Below, in pieces: positions 36,347 through 51,700 of a stretch of DNA of 64,000 nt. The stretch spans positions 744,001 to 808,000 of the forward strand of contig JBNJNM010000013.1 in NCBI GenBank assembly GCA_052426225.1, written 5' to 3'. The translations under genes were made by a program, and so were the position numbers. The notes beneath the pieces are model-generated. The model saw nothing but the letters and a program-made list of their open reading frames with translations, was not told the origin of the DNA and ran no database searches. How positions within the stretch are numbered: position 1 is the stretch's first letter; each line of letters starts with the position of its first letter. This stretch comes from Zancudomyces culisetae HAW-14-8. Its lineage: Eukaryota > Fungi > Kickxellomycota.

Positions 36347-39220
36347 ATGGTTTTCTTTAATATATTAAAAGGTATTGTACTTCATTATTTATCTTGTGCA
36401 CCAGAATATTACACACCACACTCTTTCTCAATTTTATCTCTAGCTATTGAGTTTATATTTATTATGTAAATACCGAAAAGATTAGAAGTGATTCAAATAC
36501 TTTATTCATAATTCACCAAATCACTTGCTTTAAACATACACATAACTCGTAAATTCAAACAAAAATAAATATACAAAATAAAAACAGTCCTTGCATTCCT
36601 GAATGCTGTACAGAGCCTGCACAAGACGTATGTAGAAGATAGCGGTAATCCGTTTTTTGAGCTGGCAAGACATGGTTTGTACGCAGGGGGAGTGATTGAA
36701 ATTGTTATAGGAAATCTAGAGGTAACTTAAAAGATGAAAAATATCCGAGTATATCTGCTTAGTAGTTATCATTTCAACTAAATCCAAAGAAATAAACCCA
36801 CTGGTTTTATGTGTGGGGTTGCTTAGGTGACCTTTCAAAATACTTCGGGTGAAATCCAGGTTGCAGTTCACAATAGCAAAACGCTCTCAAAAAGTCATAA
36901 AACACCACCTTTAGAGGATATTTGTTTGCCAATTGATTCACATGTTAATATGGTCACAAAGGGTGATTTTTCAGTCTACAAAGTTGATGATATGGATTAG
37001 TAAGTCCTCAATAATTTGTCTCTTATTCCCCCTTTTTACTATTTTTTTATCTAGCGAATGGTCAAGAGTATATAAAGCCAGAATATACAATATAAACAAA
37101 GAGAATTTGAGAACCATCATGAAACACAGAGTGGTTCAAGAGTCAGCTTTGTCTAATATATACTAATATCTACTCAATATTTTGATTAAGACGTATACTC
37201 CGCCCCCCCTACTATGTTTTTAAAGGGAGTGGAGTGTGATAACCCAGTCTAACTTTAGTGCTGATTATGATATTTGTTATACATGCTATATATTTTTTGT
37301 ATTATTTTTTAACATAGCTGGACTAAAGAGGTTGTAGCTCCTGACGATGCTGAGGGCTGGTACACAGTATATTTGATCAATTGTAAATCTAACACAAAGA
37401 TAGAGTTTTGGGTAAGAATATTTTTTGTGTTCATTTGCATACTTTGAACAAATGTTTTTAATCGACTAATTAAACAGCTTTTGTTTCTAAATATAGTCTA
37501 GGGTTAATATATATCAACAGAAGGGTCACAACTTTTTGAGTGCTGGAGACTACCCCACTCCTTATATGTATATTCTCATTTGTACTATACAACACCTTGT
37601 TAGTCTGTACTGGCTGATTACAATGATCCAAAACAAGCAAGTTATATAATATATATATATATATATTGCGCGACTAATCACTGCCATTAGATACCCGAAT
37701 TGGCAAGTTTATTTTGCTTTTCTTTTATTTAAATTTAGATAAACACTATATAGAAAGTCGGTAAAGACCATGCACAAAGCAATGTAAGTTTTTGGATATT
37801 TCAAGATAATAGCGTTTTCTTTGCTTTACTTGTAACTTGCTACTGTCTACTAGTATATATATATCTGAACGATTATATTTCCTACACCGCTCTTCCATTC
37901 CAGGAGGTATTTATAAACAATTCTTAATTTATATATCAAAAGTTTGCATAACTTACCTTTTATAGCTTTGTCACATTTTTGATGGCTGGATTAGAAACTA
38001 CCTACTATGCGGTAAGTTAAGTAGTGTTTGTATCAAACATAACTTTGGTACTCATAATTACCTTGAACCATAGGTAAAAACACTCTTTATGAGTTTCGGA
38101 ATAGATGCCATTGAGTGGAACGTAGATATATTCACCAGTGACCTGTAAGTGCTGAGATTCTATTGCTTTGCTTCTGTCTTTGTTTCTTACCCCCTTCATT
38201 TTTTTAAGCGACAAAATGATGGTTTTAATGTAACCATAAAATGAAATTGTCACATTTCTTTAGGTTTAGACTAGTGTTTTATGTCTCTCTCTCAATGTCG
38301 CTCTACTATGGACTGGCATCAATTCAGCAGTGCTTCCCACCCGAGAAATTCAAAAAGATATTCACATTTACAATGGTTATGGTAAACACACTACTAATCA
38401 AACGCTTGTGCGTCTTGCATTTCTTTTTTGAAAATCACTATATGTTAAGAACGATTTGTGCTATATTTAACTAGTATGTGCTGGACATGGCCTACTTGTA
38501 TTATTCAGACGAATTTTTCTCACTTAATAACCGACGATTTGGTGTAAGTCTAAACGAATGTGTATGTATAACCACGTCTATGCGGTTACCTGATCCAAAT
38601 AGATTTTGTCTATATATCCATTTACTGGCACGATTTTTTAACACACAAATAGGGCTTTTGGCTTTTCCTAGCAAACACGGTTTATATTATCTGGCTCTTT
38701 CTTGCTTTTTCGGATTCGCTTAACAATATCCCGCACAACACTGAGGCGTTTAAAAATAGTAAGTAGATGATGTTCATACTCGGTTGTCTTTATTTACGGT
38801 ATATTATTTTAAACAATAAATATAGAAAAGAGCCTAAGGTATATCTACACGATCTGGGGAGCGTTATTCATTTTGCTTTGCTTATTCGTTGCAGTTGTTC
38901 TTCCATTTTTACACTATTTGAACAGGATTGTATATTTTACATATTCTACCTGGCTAGCCGTAGCCTTGTTATATTTTAATATTATTGCCTTGGAGGGTTA
39001 CACTGCGTAAGTGAATTTTATTGTAAAGTATCAGTGCTATTTGGAATTTTTTTGTCCATTAATTTCCTCAGTCTGCCTTATTAACTCGCTTTTTGCAAGA
39101 TATTTCTTTAATACTAGAATTCTTATATGGCTAACTAACTTGTATAGGTTTGTATTCAAAAAAAATCTGTCTTCAAGAAAAAAGTCAGCAGTGTTTAGGT
39201 GTGAAATATACCCCCATTAG
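36347..39220 (+). CDS. GPR107/GPR108-like (Lung 7-TM/GOST family) Golgi membrane protein, many short exons
   Basis: Spliced: MVFFNILK|VLAFLNAVQSLHKTYVED..FELARHGLYAGGVIEI, DDAEGWYTVYLINC, NFLSAGDYPTPYMY (cf. GPR107 YLSAGEIPLPKLY), KSVKTMHKA|IFVTFLMAGLE, then further hydrophobic exons ending ..RCEIYPH*. Some internal junctions are unresolved. Confidence 0.8.
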
Positions 39221-39717
39221 TAGAGAAAAAGCTCTCTTTTTCTTTTCACACCCCATCCCCCCCTCCCACCATTTACCCATTACTACTATTATTATGTTTA
39301 AAAACAGCATTAATAAAATATATTTGTGTTCCTGAAAACTCGGCTAATTTTTACCATCCGATTTTCAAGGCGAACCATTCGCTGCATTAATTTCAGAATT
39401 ATTTAATCTCAACAGTTTTGTTAATTTAGCAGTACACTAGAATGAGTGGAGTTGCTTCATCAAAAAGAGTTAAGTAAATTAATGCAATAGTTAATATTTT
39501 TTTATATCAAAGCTGAGCTAAAGGAGAATGCGCACTGTAGACTCAAAAATATAAATAAAAGTATGCAAAGACAGGCTCAAACGTTTTTTCTTTTTTTTTG
39601 AATAGAAAGGTAAATTATCAAATGAACTCCCACTAAACTAAATAGAACCAACAAAAAACAAGTACTTTGAGGGGGTGGAAATCCGAAATTGCGATAACTA
39701 ATTAAAATATTGTAGAA

Positions 39718-42700
39718 ATGTACGACCAAACAAATACCAATCGTGGAAATAACTATTCTGCAAACGGAAATGAAGGCGATGGACAGACACGAACTAGACC
39801 AATGAAGTTTAAAGAAAAAGGATTGTCGGTTTTAAGGAGGAAGGTGGATGCTAGCAAAACATCACAAGCCCAACAATCTAGTAGCAACTCCGGAAGATAT
39901 GATGATTTCGGTGAGAAGGTTGATCCAAAGGACGGAGCACATCATGCTGAACTTGAACAGCAAAATACTAGGTTGGAAGGTAATTTGATAGCGGATAGTG
40001 GCAGCGGAAAGCAAAATGTAGAAGGAATCGAACTGTCAAACACTCTTCATAAGAAGGGGAACCGGCACGAAGGACGCGAAATGGAGGAAGATATGAATAA
40101 AAGTAACGATCCAAACATTGCAAACAGTATGGAGGGGAAAAATTGTGCTTTCAGAACTCATTCCGCTTCAACTTCGACAGCCACATTACGAATAAACAGC
40201 AAATTCTTCCCCAATCTACTAAAGGGAGATATTGTGGTTATACGGCTTGTAAAAAACAATCTACCTAAAGGGGACAACAGTAGTAATTTATATTCAGACA
40301 ATACAAAGGCATCAAAAGATAAAATTGGCTTGCATAATCTCGTTGTTGACGGCAGGGGTAGATCGGATAGCAAAAGTACTAGCAAAAATTATGCTAGAGA
40401 GTCATCCGGGGGAGTTTCTTTTAAAAACATCAAGGGTAAGCTTCTATTTATTGTTTTGGGCAGTTTGTCTTTTTATTCATTTTTTTTACTTGGCTTGCCT
40501 GATGTAAAAATGTTATGATATTTTCATGTATAAACAGTTAAAAATACCGATATAACTAACTGTTTACTCTTGTTAAATTTTAGCTGCGGGCAAAAGCAAA
40601 GAAAAAAAGGGAGAGAGAGCTGGACAAAAGCGAACTTCGTCAGTGGGGATAGAGGATGAAGATGTGAATGAAGGAGTATACGATACTTTGGGTTTTATAA
40701 AACCAGACATACATAGGGTGGTTTATTTAGAAGTTGATGACATAATTAATGACTCAGGTCAGTTTCAGCTTACAATTTTAGACGCAGTGACAAAGTCAAT
40801 TTGGGGGCAAAATCTATCAAAAATGCGAGCAGTAGTTAACAGGGTTAGTGATGAAAAGAGTGAGGGAAAGAGGAAGGTCGGATTAGATTTTGTAGAGTTT
40901 GCAATACGAGATCAGAAGATTAGCAGAGGCGATATGTGGCGGATGTGGAGAGGATTGAATGGCAGGATGATTTATGGCGGGCAAAACTTGGTGACACAAA
41001 ATGGGATTAAGGTTTCGGTTAAGCGAATATTTAGAGGTGGTAAATTTGCATCAAGTGGATGTATTGTGGATAGTACCACACCGCTAATACGGTCGGATTC
41101 GAGTCGAATAGTGATAATGATTCAAATCAGCCAGGAAACAAATGAATTTGAAGAGGATGGGGAGGCGTATTCAGCAAAGATTTTAAGATTTTTTCACGAA
41201 CTTATTTCCAATTGGAACACAGTTCGTGTAAATCATATGGTTTCGATAATTTTTTTTACACGAGTGATATATGAGGAGATAGAGGCAAAGTATGTACCAA
41301 CAGCACGGTTTAATGAGGATCTTGGGTTTTGGTACTCTGATTACTACAAAATTCTGGTAAATATGGAAGCTAGGGCAGACTGGACTAGTATAATTACGAG
41401 GTTGTATTTAGAACTGAGACAGTTTTCTAAAGATATACTAGAGGTTCAGTTTCCAAATAATACCAGAGAGATTATGGGTAGACTGAGCCCAGCAAGACAA
41501 GGAGGGTTTCTAGAAGCGATTAACCTAGGACTGAATTCGTTTACAGACTGTATAATTACCAATGATATGATGCGAACGGGAAAATTTATTACTGTTGTAA
41601 CAAATTCAAGCGGGATATTTGATGTGGACAAAAAACTGCTGCGAATAACTAATGAGAGGACAACAAGTTTGGGGTTGAGAATAAATTTAGCGTGCATATC
41701 GCGAAAACCTCTATTTTTACCTCCTGTGTTGTGTTATAAAGGGGCGGTAGTACCATCAGAACAAGACCAACTGGTTGCTCTCCAAAGAAGGGCCTATGAT
41801 GAGCGTGGTTTGGGAGTTAGAGATAATAATCGGGTTTTAGGAATGGTACCGCTCGGTATGGGTGCACACACAAGCGACATAGAAGGGGGTTCGAACAGTA
41901 ACTGGCCACAGCGACTCGAAGCTACACGTAAAATAGACCCAGAGACACTTGATTCATTATACTTTGATGAGGATAACTGGACAAAAAACATAAATTATTA
42001 CTTAGAGAACTGGAAGAGCCCATACGAGGGTTTGGGGACAAATGGCGCTTATAGTCGAATTGAGTACACAGAAAGAGGCGAATTCCATTCCAAGAGTGTG
42101 GATAACAAGTCATCAGTGATACCGACAGCTCATTCTGTAGAGCACGAGGTATTTGCAAAATCACAATACGGAGGTAATGGTGTGTCGGTACAAAATAAAA
42201 AAATACCAGGGAATGTGTGTTCACAAGTTATGGACGAGGCTTTAACATGCGTTTCTAATCCTTCGGCTAATGAGGATACAACGCGATCATTCTTAAAAGT
42301 GATACATTATTATAAGCCTAGCTGGATTACTTGTGGATTTTATGGAATGGATGAGCCAAAAACCGGCTCAAAAAACAGTTTTGTTTCGAATTTTAAAATA
42401 GGGAACTTGGCAAACACAGGGATAGCTGAATTTATGAAAGTTGTTCCGCAGATACCCGACTTTAAGCTAAGTTCGTTTGGATTTTCATTGGGAAGTGATT
42501 CTAGCGACAGACTCATTGAAGCATGCCGAGCTTACGATTCTGCTCTTTTTTGCAATATTTCAAGACAGGATAGGTCATTTCTTCCTGGAGAAAGACAAAA
42601 AGTAGAAGAGTTTCTCAATACCAAATTAACCAACAAGACGCTCAATAATTCCGATGTTACAAGTAACTATTCGTACAGATACAACAATTTTGAAAGAATT

Positions 42701-45700
42701 CCAACGTTTTCAAATGAATTTGAACAAGAGTTAAGAGAAACAAAAAGAAGTAAAGGGAAACCAATTGATAGTATTAAGCGCTCGAGCTTTACCGGTGAGT
42801 TTGGTATAAATAACTTGCTTCCAGAATCCAGTATAAACACACGAACGGTGGGGAATAAAATATTTGAAAACAGGTTTACTAATAGCGAAGGAAGGCCAGA
42901 AGCTGAAAGCCAAGAATCACGATCAAGAGTGAATTACAGAGAAAGGATAGTTACAAGTGGAAAGAGATTCGAGCAAGTACCAGCAGGAATGTTGACTACA
43001 GGGTTGAGTTTTGATCAAAAAAATGCACAAATATTCAAAATCAGCAGAGCCAAGGCACAACCAAAAAAATCAGATATCGGTTATGAAACTAATCCTGAGA
43101 TGATAATAGAGAATAGCAGTATTCTAGCAAGAAACGCTTCAAGCGCGACTACTTCGACAAACCAAAGGTCGATAGATGAAAAGAATAGTGTGGATCTAGT
43201 CATGAAGGCAGTTGAAATTCCTGGTAAAAATGAAGTTTTTGGCAATAATGAGTTTGGTAATGATTTAAAACTACAAACTTATCAAAATTTTAAGCGTCAA
43301 GAGACATCCAAGCTTCTAGACAGGCAGGGTTATGGGTCTTCCAAGGTAAACAATTTGGATCTAACTCCAGATGTTATTTTGGCGCGAGCAGTTGAGAACT
43401 CTGTAATCAACGACACAAAGATGCGCTCATTTGTATCATCTTCACTCCCAACAGTATCAGAATCGATGTTTAGAGCAAAAAACACTTTACTTGTTAAAAG
43501 GCACGCAAAAATGACAGGGTTAATAAAGAAATCTTCAGTAGAACCGCCCATAACCTTTGTGAAACAAGAAGCTATATCACAAGAAGTTGAGGTAAAAGAA
43601 AAGTTAGGATTGAGTAAGCAATATCTGCTTCAATCTGGAAAGTTTCCACGCAGAAATAGTGAAAATACATCTGGTGGAATAGCTTATTCAGCTGGTGGTA
43701 ACTATGATAATGCGAAACTATCTTCTCGGAAACCTGCCTCAAAGCTTTCATCGGAAACACAGGATAGTAGTATACAAGAAACCAAAGTTCAGAGAAGAAA
43801 TGTAGTTCATTTTGAGGCTCTCAGTGGTGGAAAATTTGCAGGAGGAGGTTTTCCGGAGGAGCATTTGATGAGATATTCTCGTAGTTATCATGGTGGTATC
43901 GACAGCATCAAAGAGATTAAATCAATGTCGCTGAAAATACAATCAACAGGCAATGACCAGGGAAGAGTGGTTAAGTTTAAATCAGCTACGTATGGTATGG
44001 CTGCATATTCAGATGACTACAGTTTAGACAGTGACATAGATCCTAATGGAGTTTTTATTTGGCCTATGAGATACAAAAAATATGGATCTGCATATGAATC
44101 AAAGGCAGGTATTGAAGAATTCAGATCTGGAAAAAGGGCCGAAGCCCGCAGGGCTACTAGCCAGCCTTACAACAAAGAAAAGCTAATGGAAATGTTTAAC
44201 ATTCCTAGAGAAGGGAAAGAGAATTCGCACAGAAAAGTATTTTACATAAAAAATAGAGATTTCTTGATTAAATCGCCACAAGGGAAAAATAACACAGATA
44301 AAGATGTTGACAGTTCTGAACAGAGTAAAAAAAACTTTCATATTTATTTGGAAAGAGGGAAATCTGGTTCAGGACGAGTTAATTTTGAGGAACAAATAAG
44401 GAAAGACACGGATAAAGGCTATTATAAACCCGGGGGGCGTCCTCTTATTGGTGAGTCACAGGTTGACGGATTAGATTATGAAAATAAAGGTATACAAACT
44501 CAACAAACTCCACAAAGGGGAATGCGATTGGGAACTGATAAACGATCGTTTTTACGCAAATACAATGAAGGTAGTTCAGCATCATTTGAAAAAAGCGTGA
44601 AAAACTATCCTGCAAGTCAAGCTGAACTTCAAAAAAGTTATTCTACTCGTTACCTAATTAATAGAATGCCAGAGTATAGGATTTTACCCTTCTCAAAATT
44701 AAACAAAACACCTCCCAGAAACATTGAAAGTAACATTCCTGAATTATATGAAGGTATACACCCTGGAAGTGTTACCACCACTGATTTTGGATATGGAGGC
44801 ATGTCTGAACAACGGGAACCGATTTCTTCATCTAGCTTTGATTATCCCAATCTTTTAGGAAGAGGAGTGCAGGCCTCCACAGGTGGCGATGATGATTTAT
44901 TGCAAGATGGGGTGGTAGGAAGCAGCAGCTCACTATCTACGGGGATTGTCAGTGAGGGTACGACAAGGTCCAAAAACCTGCGGCAGGGATTGGCGTATGA
45001 TCCGTGTAATCCAGATAGAACACTTGTAGCAAGGTCAGTTCATACACAACGATTTGCCTATTCAAACATGACAAAGAGTTCCAAGTCTAGTTATACTAAC
45101 AAATGGCTTTCACTTTGTACTCCACAAGTTCTTCCTTTGACTACAAATTATATTCCGCCTGATTTGGACAATTTTTACACGAAATATTCGTATAACATAA
45201 ACATTCCACTTGATGAGAAGCTGGAGGAGTTTTCAGATCGTGCATTTACCAAAATGGATCTATTTAAAAGTTCAACGGACATCTACACAAATGATTTCAC
45301 AGATCGTTCGTTATTTCGAAAGTTGTACAATTTTCCAAACCTAGATAGTGTTGGGTATACTACAAAGCATGAATATAATACCAACTCTGGCATGGTCAGT
45401 AGAAGCGATCTAAGATCCAAAGGGAACCTATTTAAGCGAAAGATAAAACAAAACACAGGATTTTTAAATCCGTCAGCTTTAAGTAAGGAGATGCAGAATG
45501 TGGCGACAGCCAAAAAGATTGAACAACTTCTTTATGACTTGGTTATTCTAAGACTTTCACAGGGATTTCAATTGGTTGAGATGAATCGCAACCTACCCTC
45601 AGGTGATAGAACATTGCTCAGTAGAAATACGCAGGCTGCTGCTACTACTTCTACCAGCATAGCCGCCACTGCCACCACTGTTGGTGGTGGTACTGGATCA

Positions 45701-48700
45701 GTAAATAATATAGGATTATTACAAAGTTCGTTTAATGTTGGAACACAGCATGTTCCTACAAGTACCAATAAAGCGGACGCAAGCCTTTCAAAACACTTGC
45801 TGCTCCCAGATAGTAATGGTGGTGGGTTGACTTTACTAAATCAAACAGCAAATGCGATTCCAGGTACGTTTAGAGGTTTGATATCAGGTGAATCGACATG
45901 TAAAAGAGGAAAGACTCAGTTCAAAACAGCAGAGCTTGGTTCATCTATGGGAGAAAAACTTCTTGATCAAAAATTGTCTGATAAATATACTGAAAACCTG
46001 AGTCTCGTTCCTGAACTTTTAGAGACAGGAATGGATCCTCTTATTCCACAAGAGACTCAAATGGTAGGCAAGGATATTGTTAGAGAAAATGATGTTTGTG
46101 TGCATGAAAACTCAAGAAAGGATCAACATGAACCAATTAGTGGTAAATCTACGCAGATGACTGTCACTAACGAGCTGAAGGTTGCAATCAAGAGTGTTTA
46201 CCATCCTACATCTTTGGAAACCAACTCTGAAGCCAATCCAGCAACCAATCCAGCCAATAGCTTGGGGCAGAAAACTGAAAACTCTCAGATTTCTTCCCAG
46301 AAGGCCAAAGCTCTGAGCAACTTTTTAACAAACAATAATCCTAATACCTCGCTCTTAACCCAAAGTGGGGCTCAGTATAACAGCGGTACAGGATCGCTGG
46401 AAATGGGCATTCAGAATGCTTTTTTACCAACATACCCACTAAATACATCACAGTCTTCAATCTGTTTATCTAATGGACGTCAAATCCAATTCATTTCATA
46501 TAGTGAAAATACCGTTACTGGTGCAAGTCAATTACCAGAACTTACAATTTCACGATATCAATGGATAAACCCATTCGAAAATGAAAAGGTAGATTATAGC
46601 TACAGAATTTGGCACTGCAATAGTAAGGATGGATACGTAAATGCAACAGCAAGCTTTGATTCTAATTCAATGAAGGATTTTAATTGGAGTGAAATTGACC
46701 ATGCAGTTGTTGGAGGACATAGCCAGGATTTGAAAAATTGTAAACTAACCAAGTCGAGATATCTACTGATTCCTATGGATACATACCCACCAGATTTATT
46801 AGAGGATGCACAATTTTGTGCTTATTTAAACGATGAAGAGTTAAGAATAGCCAACTTTGAAAAGTTCTTGGAACAGCTTTTCAAATCATTTAAACCTACT
46901 GTCAAACAAAATCTGTTGGCAAAGATTGGATTGATTCAAAATGCCAGTGACAAGCTAGCTACGACTGATAAACTTAAGGATAAAGATTCAAATTTTGGAA
47001 CGCCAATGTCAACATCTACATCGGCATCAGCATCGACATCGTTATCACCACAAATATCCTCCCAACAACCACCACTCGTTTCTAGCAAAAATCACAAATA
47101 CAACATTTCGCGATTTAGGCATTTTTTGGCTAAAAAAAGTGAATTGCCCAATATTGAGCGTGATAATAGTTTTAATCTCTTGCCAGATCAAGTTACAAAC
47201 CAAAGTAATATCGATTCACCAAGCAGAACTGAGGTGAAAAAAACCTTTGATAGTCCATTTTCATTGGGTAAATACCGCAAATCTAGTAATGAAAGAGGTG
47301 TTTTAACAGGTAGCACGAACAAAAGTGTTGTTAAGAATCACAGTTCTGAGTTTATTGTTGGTGCTGATTATACCTCAAATCGTGAACCCAGCCTTTTATC
47401 CAGTAACAACAATGCCATTCATAGGATTATCAATTCTGACATTGATTTCGGAACCAGTTCCAATGCTAATATTAATACTGATAATAGCACCAGCTCTGAT
47501 ATCAACTTGAATACAATTGAAAACACTTGCCAAAATCCAAATCCAAATCCAAATCCAAATCCAAATCCAAATCCAAATCCAAATCCAAACCCAAATTCAA
47601 ATCCAAATTCAAATCCAAATTCAAATCCAAACTCAAATCCAAATTCAAATTGCAATTCTCCTTCAAATTCAGCTTTCAATTCTGCGGCAAATTCAAATAC
47701 CAATTTAAACTCTTCTTATAATCACAACCAAGGGTCAAATCCCGGAACAAGTTTAATAAGACCATCACAGACTCTGTTACTAAAGTCCGATTCAACCGTT
47801 GGTAATAAACAACAGTTTCAAACAACAAACTCGTCACCAATAAGTCGAATTCCCACAGAAAATAGCATCTCGGCTGTACCTACTACTTTTTTGGACAAGA
47901 CTAAAATAACCGGAATCAACAGGACAGAGACACATGAAGCCAAACTGCAACCATTTTCACCCAAACGACAGAATAGGATAAAGTTTGGTAATTTGATTTT
48001 AAGTGATTTGTTACGAATAAGATATACTTCCTTATATCCATCCGCATATGTTAATTGGCGTTTGGAAATGCATACATCCAACAGAAGGGTGACAAATGGT
48101 GAGAAATACGCACCATTTCCACCACCTGTATCAGAAGTATTAAAGGATTTGTTTTTACTGAAAAATCCGGCGACTAGCCAGCAGTTATACTTGCATGCAG
48201 GTTCTCCTGACGATCTTATTTCCTATTGTATTCAACATCCACTTTGTGGATTATGGTACTCCGAGCATAGATGGCACAACAATCATTACTGCAATGTGTT
48301 TACAGGAAACCAGTTGACCAACTGGATAATGTTGAATTTGGTCGACGTGAACAATAGACAACAGGCGACAGACGTGGGGAATTTGTTATTGAAACGAGGG
48401 ATCATAGTTCATGCTGCCAGAGGTTTACCTTTTCTGGATGGGTATTACATTTATGCTCTATCCCCAAAGGCCAAAAGTGCAAACAATTACAACCAGTTAA
48501 TAAACAGCTTGTCATCATTTTATTCTCAAGTACAAAAAAATACCAGTGTCACAGAGCATGAGTCCAAACAACAGTCCGTTATAAAAGTACATACTCTACC
48601 ATTATTATCTAAGGAAAGTTCAGTAGCAGAAGTAGTTAATCCAGGATCATTTAACGAAAATAAATCGCTAGCTGTTACTCCATCAATAAAAGATGGACTA

Positions 48701-51700
48701 ATCGCCACCACAACAACAACTACTACAACTACTACAACTACTACCACAACTACTACAACGACCACCACTATCAATACTACTAACCAGGTACAAGCTCCAC
48801 AGCAAAAGCATCTCAATCCGAGCATGGATCAAATCCAATTGAATCAAGATACCTTGGGGAAAAAATTGGATAATAATTCTGAAAATATTTCAACTAGCCT
48901 TGCCAATGCACACAACTTGACACACATTGGATCCACTAGAAACAACAGCATAGATATCAGCAGTCGTGAAACCATTACCAGTGAAGACGTTGTCGCGCCA
49001 CAGGAAAGTAGTGTTGGGACTAAAAGAAATGATGGTGTGCTATATCAACCGCTTGGGATAACTGAAGGGGTAGATATAGACTTGCATGATTCTAACTTTA
49101 AGGGCCGCAAACTGAAAAAATACCACACAGAAAAAATCATTGGACAAATGTATTATGGGAACCTGGAAGAGCGTGCAAAATTATCACAATCAACTCAGCA
49201 GAGTAAAGAAATACTTCGAATTAACATGGGTAGGACTTTTGAACTTGAACTTAATCCATCACATAAGAGTGGAAAGTCTGAAAATGTAATTCTTAATTTC
49301 GATGCACTTCAAAATCCACTTACATGTGCACATTTTTCACTGCAGTGGATTGATTGCTCACCAAGATTAATTACAGAGTTGATTCATAATTGGAGTTTGA
49401 TTGCTAAAAAATGTGGAATGAAGTTGGTTGAAGTGCCCACTAATGTATTTAACGAAAAAACATCAACTGATCCGTTTTTTTATCCTGAAAAACTTGCACT
49501 GAGCATAAACCCACCCAACCCCAAAAATATATTTTCGGCATATATGGCAAAACAGTCCCTGGCTAACAAACAAAATTATAATCAAGGTCATTTTACTTGT
49601 GATAAATCTTTCCAAAACCAGAGCTGTCAATACCATTATGACTGTACATGTACATATCACCAACTTAAATCTGAAGCACAAAAAAAGATATGTTCATTAT
49701 ACAAAGCTGGCAAATTGAAAAACACAAATGTATACAACCTCGCCAAAGAGCGGGTCGACAAGGAACGAGTTGAATCCAACAATGGAATTGCCGCGCAGCA
49801 ACTAACCAACTTGCCCAAACACTTGTTTGAACGGGAATTTCTGATGGCGCATGGGTTTGTTTTGGATTTGGAAGCTAGCAGCAATTTTCCACCATCCTAT
49901 AGTGTAGAACGAAAATATACTGAAGCATTTCAACAGCCGGAAAATACTCAATATGTACATAAAAGTGGTGCTGCGTTTGTACAGATATATGGGAGAGGCA
50001 AGTTTTTGTGGGTCAACAATCACCTATATGCCAGCCATCAAATCAACCTTGGCGGTTCGTCTTCATCCAACACCAACACCAACACCAACACCAACACCAA
50101 TACCAATACCAATACCAATACCAATACCAATACCAATACCAATACCAATACCAATACCAATACCAATACCAATACCAATGCCAATACCAATACCAATACT
50201 AGCAACACCAACACCAATAATACCAATACAAATAGCAATTCCAATAGTGCTGCATCACAACCTAAATCTTCTACAGCTACAAACACTTCTAACAATTCCA
50301 ATACCAATCTTAGTGCTAGTGCTAATGCTGCTGCAGGTGCCATTATGAACAATAATACTGTTAGTACTAAAAGCAACGCTTCCGCATATACTCCACACCT
50401 GAATGTAATGTCATCCGGCAGCAACCCGAACTTTAGTGGATCGGGGGCAGCTATTGGAACACCTTTCGTTAGTACAACAGCCGTTACCAACCTTAACACA
50501 GCTGCCAATTATACCAATTCGGATCCAAATCTAAAAGCAATATACGATGGTAGCAGAGGAACCAGTATCAACAGTGAACTTGATTTACTAAATGCAGTCG
50601 AGAAAAGCGAAGCTGCTGATTCTCAACGAATTGCTGGAAGCTCTTATGACTACCTGAGACTTCAAACACCGGCTAGTGGTAAATTTGATTCGTTCCCTGT
50701 TTCTGTAGATCAAGGTGCTACTGACATCAATAATACACAACAAAATAGCGGTAATTTTAGTAACAACAGTAGTATTTCTATGCTGGTGGATAATAATAAG
50801 GAAAATAAAGGCTCAATGGTCTATGACGAAGGGCATTATTCTACTATATCAAAAAGGACGACTACTGCTGATGATAATGCCAACAATTTCACTAACCTTT
50901 CCGAGAGCTACAATGGAAGTAAAACCAATTGGAAGGGGGATAAGAATAATGTGATGGAAAACAATAACGATTTACGAGATAATAGTGCTGAGCCAGTTAT
51001 TGTTGATTTCCGCAATGGTTGTGCAACAAAATTATACAAACATCAATACATTACTCGGTCTTGTCTTTCTGATAATAAGGATGTAGAAGACGGCTATAAC
51101 ATCAATAGTAACTTTGTATTCAGTAATACAAATTGCCCAAGTAACTCTATAACAAACGGCACACAATACAATGAACATCAAATCACCGAATCTCATCAGA
51201 TAATTAATGCCGATGTTACCAAAACCAATGAAAAACAATTACCTACTAAAGCTCTTGATGGTACTGGAAATGTTAAAAAAAAGCATATCGAATTGATTGA
51301 AAAGAATAATGATAGCCTTCAACTAGGAAATGGGTTGAATATATTTGTTCCCAGTTCTGATCCACATAAGACTATAACGGCAATTACAAAGACGAATGTA
51401 GATCCGACTATTCCTGGTATTCCACTTTCCTCTGAAAATGATCCCAAGTCTCCACCCATTACAGATCTTCCCCTACCATCAACCTCCATAATCCATAAAC
51501 AAGAACAAGAACAAGAACAAACACAAGAGATCACTACTCCTCAATCAGTATCTCTTGCTCCAGTCTCTGTAGATAATTCTATTTTACCATCACCATCGCC
51601 ACTTTCACTTTTACCAGATCATGGTGACAAGATAGATGATGAAAATACTAATATTCAGCCTTTACTTCCAGAAGCTAAAGAAAGCAGCAGAGTTAAAAGT

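Noticed and set aside
47533-47650. NPNP/NSNP repeat resembling the Plasmodium CSP NANP repeat
   Set aside because: It is a hexamer slippage microsatellite inside a cytosolic protein, next to other simple repeats. No evidence of homology or mimicry.
47419-50508. Alternative-frame and antisense ORFs with FGFG, IQIQ, KSKS, VLVL and PIPI repeats
   Set aside because: Shadows of the stop-free coding microsatellites in IML1.
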